This document shows positions 58,792 through 64,000 of a stretch of DNA of 64,000 nucleotides, in pieces; the stretch's first letter is position 1, and every line of letters starts with the position of its first letter. Source of the stretch: an uncultured bacterium (lineage in GTDB: Bacteria; CAIWAD01); NCBI GenBank assembly GCA_903910645.1, contig CAIWAD010000113.1, forward strand, positions 45,564 through 109,563, given 5' to 3'. The position numbers and the translations under genes were made by a program. The notes beneath the pieces were generated by a model that saw only the letters and a program-made list of their open reading frames with translations, ran no database searches and was not told where the DNA came from.

Positions 58792-59076
58792 ATGCTGGCC
58801 AAGACCACCCACTTTGGCTCAATTCCACCAATCCCGCCATGGGAAGTGCTTGACTCCAAAGCTGATTCCATTGGCACAGCACTTGCAATATGCAGGTCTG
58901 AGAAGGGCGGCCGTGTGGGGACGGCCCTGGCTGGCGGATCCGACCGGAGATGTTCCGTGGGGACGGTGAAGGCGTCCTGGTCCCGGTCCGCAGCTTTCCT
59001 TCCGGGAAAGTGGCCACGACAAAGCAGAAGGGCGGCGGCGATTGTAGGCAGAGTTCGCCCCCGACCGTTGAAGGAG

Positions 59077-59114
59077 GACCCGGATTCCAGGGGTGGGATC
59101 CGGGTCGTTTTTTT
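59077..59114 (+). terminator. Second plus-oriented terminator hairpin about 300 nt downstream of the first
   Basis: GACCCGGAT-(12 nt)-ATCCGGGTC followed by GTTTTTTT. Confidence 0.55.
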
Positions 59115-59132
59115 GATGGACTGGGACTTCGC

Positions 59133-59903
59133 CTACTTGCTGAGGCCCTTCAGCTTGGTGACCACCCAGGTGCCGCCACGGGTTTTATCCCGGGTGACTT
59201 CCAGGATGTCGTTGCGCGCGGCGTCCTCCAGGAACTCGCCGAAGTTGTTGTAGCCCAGGCTGCTTTCACTGAAGCTGGGGTTCTTGCGCTTGATCGTGTC
59301 CTTGATGAGGCTGGCCAGCAGAAGTTCCGTGCCTTCGCGCAGCAGGGCGTTCACGGCGCTGACCAGCTGCTTCATGGCGGAGAGCTTGTCCTTGGGAATG
59401 GTCTTGGTCAGGGAGCTCTCCTGGGCCTTCTCCTCCGCGCCCAGATTCTCATAGAACAGGAATTCGTCGCAATTCTCCACCAGCAGGTTGGAGCTGCTCT
59501 CGCGCATGCCAATGCCGATGATGGTCTTGTTGTTCTCCCGCAACTTGCTCACCAGGGGACTGAAGTCGCTGTCACCGGAAAAAATGACGAAGGTGTCGAT
59601 GTGCGAATTGGTGTGGCACAGGTCCATGGCGTCCACCACCAGACGGATGTCCGCACTGTTCTTCCCGGTCATGCTGCGCTTGGGGATTTCAATGAGTTCA
59701 ATGCCGTGGGCGTGAAGTTCGTCCTTGTACTTGGTGTAGAAATGCCAGTCGGCATAGGCGCGCTTGGTGATAATGCGCCCCTTTTCGAGCAAGCGATTGA
59801 GCACCATGCGGATGTCCAGCTTGGTGCCATTCTTGGATTTGAAGCCGATGGCGATGTTGTCGAAGTCGATGTACAAGGCCAGGTTGCGTTGGGTCGTTGT
59901 CAT
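59133..59903 (-). CDS. NYN-domain protein with a C-terminal OST-HTH/LOTUS domain
   Basis: LALYIDFDNI...DTFVIFSGDSDFSPLV NYN (PIN-like) motifs, plus a C-terminal LOTUS-like region. Confidence 0.8.
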   Translation of the reverse strand: MTTTQRNLALYIDFDNIAIGFKSKNGTKLDIRMVLNRLLEKGRIITKRAYADWHFYTKYKDELHAHGIELIEIPKRSMTGKNSADIRLVVDAMDLCHTNSHIDTFVIFSGDSDFSPLVSKLRENNKTIIGIGMRESSSNLLVENCDEFLFYENLGAEEKAQESSLTKTIPKDKLSAMKQLVSAVNALLREGTELLLASLIKDTIKRKNPSFSESSLGYNNFGEFLEDAARNDILEVTRDKTRGGTWVVTKLKGLSK

Positions 59904-59984
59904 GTCTCGTTCCTTGCTCCACCCTTCCGCGCTGCAGAAGGGAGGGTGGTCTGTGCTGTGGGACCGGCGCCCGCCGGCCCTTGA

Positions 59985-61151
59985 TCAATCCTCGGAGTCG
60001 CGGTCCTGCCGCAGGCTCCGACCCTTGCGCGGCGTCGCCATGCCGCGATGCTTGTCCGCCCAGCTCCACACGCTGCTGGTGGAGGCGGGCAGGGGACCGT
60101 CCCGCAGGGTCTCCCTGGCCAGTACTTCGGCCATATCCGGCGGCATGGGAGCCTCGAAATCCAGCTCTTGCCCCAGCACCGGATGGCGGAAGCCCATGCG
60201 CCAGCTGTGCAGGGCCTGGCGGCGGATGCAGTCCAGGTAGTGGTGGGCGCGGCTCTGGCGGTCCCCCGTGAAACCCGCCCGTCGCAGGTCCCGCCCGTCG
60301 TAGTCCGCATCCCCGAACACGGGGTGGCCCAGATGTTTCATATGCACGCGAATCTGGTGCGTGCGCCCGGTTTCCAGTTTCAATTCCATCAAAGAGAGGA
60401 AGTCGAAGCGCGCCGTGGTCTTGTAGTGGGTCACCGCGTGGCGGCCAATGGGTTCCGGCACCACGGCCATCTTCAGGCGATCCCGGGGATCCCGCCCGAT
60501 GCCCGCGTCCACGCTGCCCTGCAACTGGCGCGGACTTCCCCACACCAGGGCGCGGTAAATGCGATGGATCTCCCGGTCGTGGAACATGCGGCTAAGCTCT
60601 CGCACGGCCTCCGGTGTTTTGCCAATCACCATCAGTCCCGTGGTGTCCCGGTCCAGACGATGCACGATGCCCGGGCGGAAGTCCTCCCCCGCCGACTCCG
60701 GCATTTCGTCCAGGTAATTCATCAACGCGTTCACCAGGGTGCCGTTGAAGTTGCCCCGGGCCGGATGCACCACCATGCCCGCCGCCTTGTTGATGACCAT
60801 GAGGTGCGCGTCCTCGTGCAAAACCTCCAGGGGGATGTCCTCGGCGGTGATGAGGGGACGGGGCTTGCGCGGCACCCGCACCAACAGCCGCTCGCCAGGG
60901 GAGACGCGCTGGCTGGGTTTCAGCACGGGACGGCCCTCCACCAGCACCATGCCCTCTTCGATGATGTGCTGGATGAAGGTGCGGCTCACGAAGCGGATCT
61001 GGCGGGAGAGCCACAGGTCCACACGCTCGGGGGACTGGTTTGCGCCAATTTCCAGCTGGATCTCCTCCACCTGGATGTGCTCCGGATCCGGGGGCGTGGC
61101 GGGAGGCGCCGACGCGTAGCGCACATAGCTCTGGCGGCCCCGCGGGCTCAC
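59985..61151 (-). CDS. rluD: 23S rRNA pseudouridine synthase, RluA family (RluD-like) with S4 domain
   Basis: S4 motif RVDLWLS and catalytic HRLDRDTTG. Start chosen as the GTG overlapping the lspA stop (GTGA). The long 602-aa ORF in the track is an artefact of read-through into the lspA region. Confidence 0.8.
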   Translation of the reverse strand: MSPRGRQSYVRYASAPPATPPDPEHIQVEEIQLEIGANQSPERVDLWLSRQIRFVSRTFIQHIIEEGMVLVEGRPVLKPSQRVSPGERLLVRVPRKPRPLITAEDIPLEVLHEDAHLMVINKAAGMVVHPARGNFNGTLVNALMNYLDEMPESAGEDFRPGIVHRLDRDTTGLMVIGKTPEAVRELSRMFHDREIHRIYRALVWGSPRQLQGSVDAGIGRDPRDRLKMAVVPEPIGRHAVTHYKTTARFDFLSLMELKLETGRTHQIRVHMKHLGHPVFGDADYDGRDLRRAGFTGDRQSRAHHYLDCIRRQALHSWRMGFRHPVLGQELDFEAPMPPDMAEVLARETLRDGPLPASTSSVWSWADKHRGMATPRKGRSLRQDRDSED

Positions 61152-61663
61152 GGCGCGGCGTCCAGGGGAGGCGGGTCGCCGGATCCGGCCGGAATGGGGG
61201 CGGGCTCCTCCTCCAGCTTGCCCGTGAAGCTGAAGACAATGAGCAGGATCATGCCGGTGAAGATGTAGCAGTCCGCCAGGTTGAAGACCCACCAGCGCTC
61301 CAGCTGGAAGACCCCCAGCGCGATGTTGGGGATGTCCACATCCAGCATGTCCGTCACCTGACCGAAGATCAGTCGGTCGAAGAGATTGCCCGCCGCGCCC
61401 CCCACCACCCAGGGCAGGATGCGCGCCAGCCAGCTGCGGCTGGGAAGGCGACGCCACATCCACCAGGCCATGATGGCCATGGCGGGCAGGCTGGCCAGGG
61501 TGACTACCCACAAGGGCAACAGGGAGATGCCCATCACGGCGGCGCGGTTTTCCACATAGGTGAAGCGGAACACATCCCCCAGCACTTGCACGCTCTGGGA
61601 TTCCACCATGGAGGAACGCACCGCCACTTTGAGCAGCTGGTCCGAGGCGAAGCAGAAGGCCAT
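61148..61663 (-). CDS. lspA: Lipoprotein signal peptidase II
   Basis: FNLADxxI motif (FNLADCYIFTG). Confidence 0.9.
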   Translation of the reverse strand: MAFCFASDQLLKVAVRSSMVESQSVQVLGDVFRFTYVENRAAVMGISLLPLWVVTLASLPAMAIMAWWMWRRLPSRSWLARILPWVVGGAAGNLFDRLIFGQVTDMLDVDIPNIALGVFQLERWWVFNLADCYIFTGMILLIVFSFTGKLEEEPAPIPAGSGDPPPLDAAP

Positions 61664-61699
61664 GATCAAAAAGGCACGCTGGCGTGTGATGGCGGGCTC

Positions 61700-62080
61700 C
61701 TATTCCTCGGGGGTCTTGCAGTTCACGCAAAGCTTGGCCGTGGGCACAATGCGCAGGCGCTGCTCGGCAATCTGGCAGCCGCACTTCACGCACACGCCGT
61801 AACGGCCCTCTTCAATGCGCTCCAGGGCCATGTCCACGGTCTGCACGAATTTGCCCTGGCGGGAGGCGAACATGAAGGTCTTCTCCTGCTCCTGGGCGTC
61901 CGTGCCCTGGTCCGCCATGTGGAACGAGTAGGTGCTGCTGTCTCCAGCTGCCTGGGAAAGGCCCTCCTCCAGCTCCTTCTTCAGGTAGTCCAGCTCCTCA
62001 AGCGCCTCCTTGCGCTTGTCCAGGAGGATCTGGCGGAACTCCTCAAGCTTCTCGGGCGAGTAGAATGGGTTGCTGATCAT
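61700..62080 (-). CDS. dksA: DksA/TraR-family C4 zinc-finger transcription factor
   Basis: CVKCGCQI...AKLCVNCK C4 finger and a coiled-coil N-terminus. GGAGGA RBS. Confidence 0.85.
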   Translation of the reverse strand: MISNPFYSPEKLEEFRQILLDKRKEALEELDYLKKELEEGLSQAAGDSSTYSFHMADQGTDAQEQEKTFMFASRQGKFVQTVDMALERIEEGRYGVCVKCGCQIAEQRLRIVPTAKLCVNCKTPEE

Positions 62081-62113
62081 GCGTCCTCCATGCCGGGACC
62101 GATGGGTCCGGCG

Positions 62114-64000
62114 TCAAGCTTCATGCCCGGCCCGCGCCAGTCCGATGGCGGTGGGCACCTCGTTCAAAATACACTCGCGAAGGGGGGCGGAGTCAAGCAC
62201 CAGGTGCAGCTCCACCGCCAGGGTCTCCCGGGCGATGCGCTCGCCGTGGGCTTCCACCACGCGGCGCAGCTCCGGCCCGTCCAGGATGGACAGCGCGATG
62301 CGGTCGCTCACCTGCAGGCCACTGTCCTTGCGCAGGTTCTGCACGCGATTGATGAGTTCCCGGGCCAGGCCTTCCAGCACCAGATCCTCATCCAGCTCCG
62401 TGTCCAGCGCTATGGTGAAGCCGCGCTCGGTGACCACCTTCAAACCCTCGCGCTCCTTGCGCTGGATCACCAGATCCTCCAGCAGCACCTGTTCGCCCAG
62501 GACCTCCAGCATCTCGCCGTGCTCCAGCATGGCGATCTCCGCCGTGCCCCAGGCGCCAATGATCTCCGAGGCCTCCTTCATGCGCGGACCCAGGCGCTTG
62601 CCCAGGGTGCGGAAGTTGGGCTTCACCGAGATCTCCACCAGCTCGTGCTCGTCGCGGCTGATTTCGATGTGGCGCACATTCAATTCCTCGCGGATGAGGC
62701 CGGCCATGCGCCGGATGCAGCTGTCATCCTCGCCGGCGCCCACCACCACCAACATTTTGCGCAAGGGCTGGCGCGTCTTCAACTGGTGCTGCGCCCGCAG
62801 TGCGCGCCCCAGCTTCACCGCGTGGTAGACCAGATCCATTTCGCGCTCCAGCACAACATCGCGGTAGCCCTGATCCGCCTGGGGCCAGTCGCAGAGGTGC
62901 ACGGATAGGGGCAGGCCGGGCTCCGCAGGCCGCAGCAGGCGCTGGTGCACCACTTCCGTCACAAAGGGCAGGAAGGGGGCCAGGATCTGCGTCAGTTCGC
63001 GGATGCAACGGTAGAGCGTGCTGTAGGCGCGGTGCTTGTCGGCATCGTCCTCGCTCTTCCAGAAGCGGGCGCGGCTGCGTCGGATGTACCAATTGGACAG
63101 CTCGTCCAGGTGATCGGTGATGGCCTCGCTGGCGCTGAACACATCGAAGGCGTCCAGGGCGGCGCACACACGCTCGTTCAACCGCTCCGTGGCGCTGAGG
63201 ATCCAGCGATCCAGTTCCGTCTCCGGGGCCGCCAGGCCCTTGTCCGGCGACCAGCCGTCAATCTCAGCGTAAGTGGCGAAGAAGGCGTAGATGTTCCAGT
63301 AGGGCAGCACCACCTGCTTCACAGCCTCGCGGATCAGGTCCTCGCTGAAGCGCTTGGCGTTCCAGGGATGGCTGTTGAAGAAGGTCCAGCGCACGGCGTC
63401 GGCGCCAAAGTCCTCGAAGACATCCATGGGGTCAATGACATTCCCCAGGGTCTTGGACATTTTGCGGCCGTCCTTGTCCGCCACCAGGCCGGTGCAGATC
63501 ACATTGCGGAAGGAGCTCTCGCCAGTGAGGATGGTGGACAGAGCCAACAGCGTGTAGAACCAGCCCCGTGTCTGGTCCAGGCCTTCACAGATGAAGTCCG
63601 CCGGATACTGCCCCTGGAAGATCTCCCGCGAGCCCTTCCTGGCAGGATAGCCGAACTGCCCCCAGGGCATAAGGCCGGCGTTGAACCAGCAGTCCAGCAC
63701 ATAGGGTTCGCGGCGCATGGCCTTGCCACAGGCGGGGCAGGACACAGGCAGCTGGTCGATCCACGGCATGTGCGGGTCGAAGTCCGGGCCGATCTCCGCC
63801 GATGTGAGGCCACGCAACTCGTCCAGGCTTTCCACGCAGAGGCGATGACCGCAGCCGTCATCCCCCTCGCAGCACCACACGGGCAAGGGACTGCCCCAGT
63901 AGCGCTCACGTGAAACAGCCCAGTCCACATTGTTTTCCAGCCAGCTGCCGAAGCGGCCTTCGCCGATGCTGGCGGGCACCCAGTTGATGCGGCTGTTGGC
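62114..64000 (-). CDS. ileS: Isoleucyl-tRNA synthetase, C-terminal ~630 codons (the N-terminus lies beyond the window end)
   Basis: KMSKS motif (KMSKTLGN), CP1/anticodon-binding similarity, and a Zn-binding CxxC...CxxC. The ORF is open to the window edge. Confidence 0.9.
   Translation of the reverse strand, partial: ANSRINWVPASIGEGRFGSWLENNVDWAVSRERYWGSPLPVWCCEGDDGCGHRLCVESLDELRGLTSAEIGPDFDPHMPWIDQLPVSCPACGKAMRREPYVLDCWFNAGLMPWGQFGYPARKGSREIFQGQYPADFICEGLDQTRGWFYTLLALSTILTGESSFRNVICTGLVADKDGRKMSKTLGNVIDPMDVFEDFGADAVRWTFFNSHPWNAKRFSEDLIREAVKQVVLPYWNIYAFFATYAEIDGWSPDKGLAAPETELDRWILSATERLNERVCAALDAFDVFSASEAITDHLDELSNWYIRRSRARFWKSEDDADKHRAYSTLYRCIRELTQILAPFLPFVTEVVHQRLLRPAEPGLPLSVHLCDWPQADQGYRDVVLEREMDLVYHAVKLGRALRAQHQLKTRQPLRKMLVVVGAGEDDSCIRRMAGLIREELNVRHIEISRDEHELVEISVKPNFRTLGKRLGPRMKEASEIIGAWGTAEIAMLEHGEMLEVLGEQVLLEDLVIQRKEREGLKVVTERGFTIALDTELDEDLVLEGLARELINRVQNLRKDSGLQVSDRIALSILDGPELRRVVEAHGERIARETLAVELHLVLDSAPLRECILNEVPTAIGLARAGHEA

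Noticed and set aside
58796-59114. Tentative SRP/RNase P RNA resemblance (CCGGAAGGAAAG…)
   Set aside because: Conserved SRP domain IV and RNase P P4 motifs do not align convincingly. Kept only as a generic possible sRNA.
61040-63913. Plus-strand ORFs of 622 aa and 322 aa
   Set aside because: Antisense to dksA/ileS; no domain signatures.

Overview
This 64-kb window is a high-GC (~65-68%) bacterial chromosomal segment with dense coding and frequent 1-4 nt start/stop overlaps (ATGA/GTGA), so most genes sit in operons. A secreted protein with a T9SS-type C-terminal sorting domain points to the FCB superphylum (Rhodothermota/Gemmatimonadota/Bacteroidota-like), but I cannot assign a genus.

Gene content, in order along the window:
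- 1-3 kb: a two-component pair (tail of an OmpR-type response regulator plus a sensor histidine kinase), convergent with glnA.
- 3.3-6.1 kb: a small accessory-looking island (DUF2089-like protein, SHOCT-like protein, a 33-aa Cys peptide) convergent with a nonaheme c-type cytochrome lipoprotein that carries a collagen-like (Gly-X-Y)x10 stalk.
- 6.4-7.6 kb: a rubrerythrin-like diiron protein and a Cys-rich secreted repeat protein.
- 7.8-21.8 kb: a complete Alternative Complex III (actA-actB-actC-actDE-actF) followed by a cytochrome c, SCO1/SenC, caa3-type cytochrome oxidase genes in the order I-III-IV-II, and heme O synthase (ctaB).
- 22.1-24.3 kb: a secreted FGE-sulfatase-family protein and a T9SS-cargo protein.
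- 24.76-25.06 kb: a 12-bp x ~25 tandem repeat in a divergent intergenic region.
- 25.9-29.3 kb: the conserved ispE-spoVG-prs-rplY(ctc)-pth cluster.
- 29.4-37.9 kb: wzc-like BY-kinase, a flippase-like membrane protein, lolA, ftsK, comB and gcvT.
- 37.9-46.5 kb: an EnvC-like M23 peptidase, holB, PSP1/RicT, metG and a hybrid histidine kinase.
- 46.5-56.2 kb: lon, hsp20, dus, an HDOD protein, two paralogous REC proteins, a sigma54-dependent activator and a J-domain protein.
- 56.6-59.9 kb: a small sigma54-dependent gene, an outer-membrane-like protein and a NYN/OST-HTH protein.
- 60-64 kb: rluD-lspA-dksA-ileS, with ileS running off the window.

Regulatory and repeat elements:
- Two exact sigma54 -24/-12 promoter matches (TGGCAC-N5-TTGC) and several weaker ones.
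- A palindromic CCTGGCACC REP-like element found at two convergent gene junctions.
- Several rho-independent terminators.

I found no rRNA, tRNA, CRISPR array or evident mobile element. The most unusual items are the collagen-stalk multiheme cytochrome, the small Tat-signal ORF wedged between actA and actB, the Cys-rich repeat protein, the fused ActD-ActE, the tandem repeat flanked by sigma54 promoters, and the TGGCAC-containing palindromic elements.
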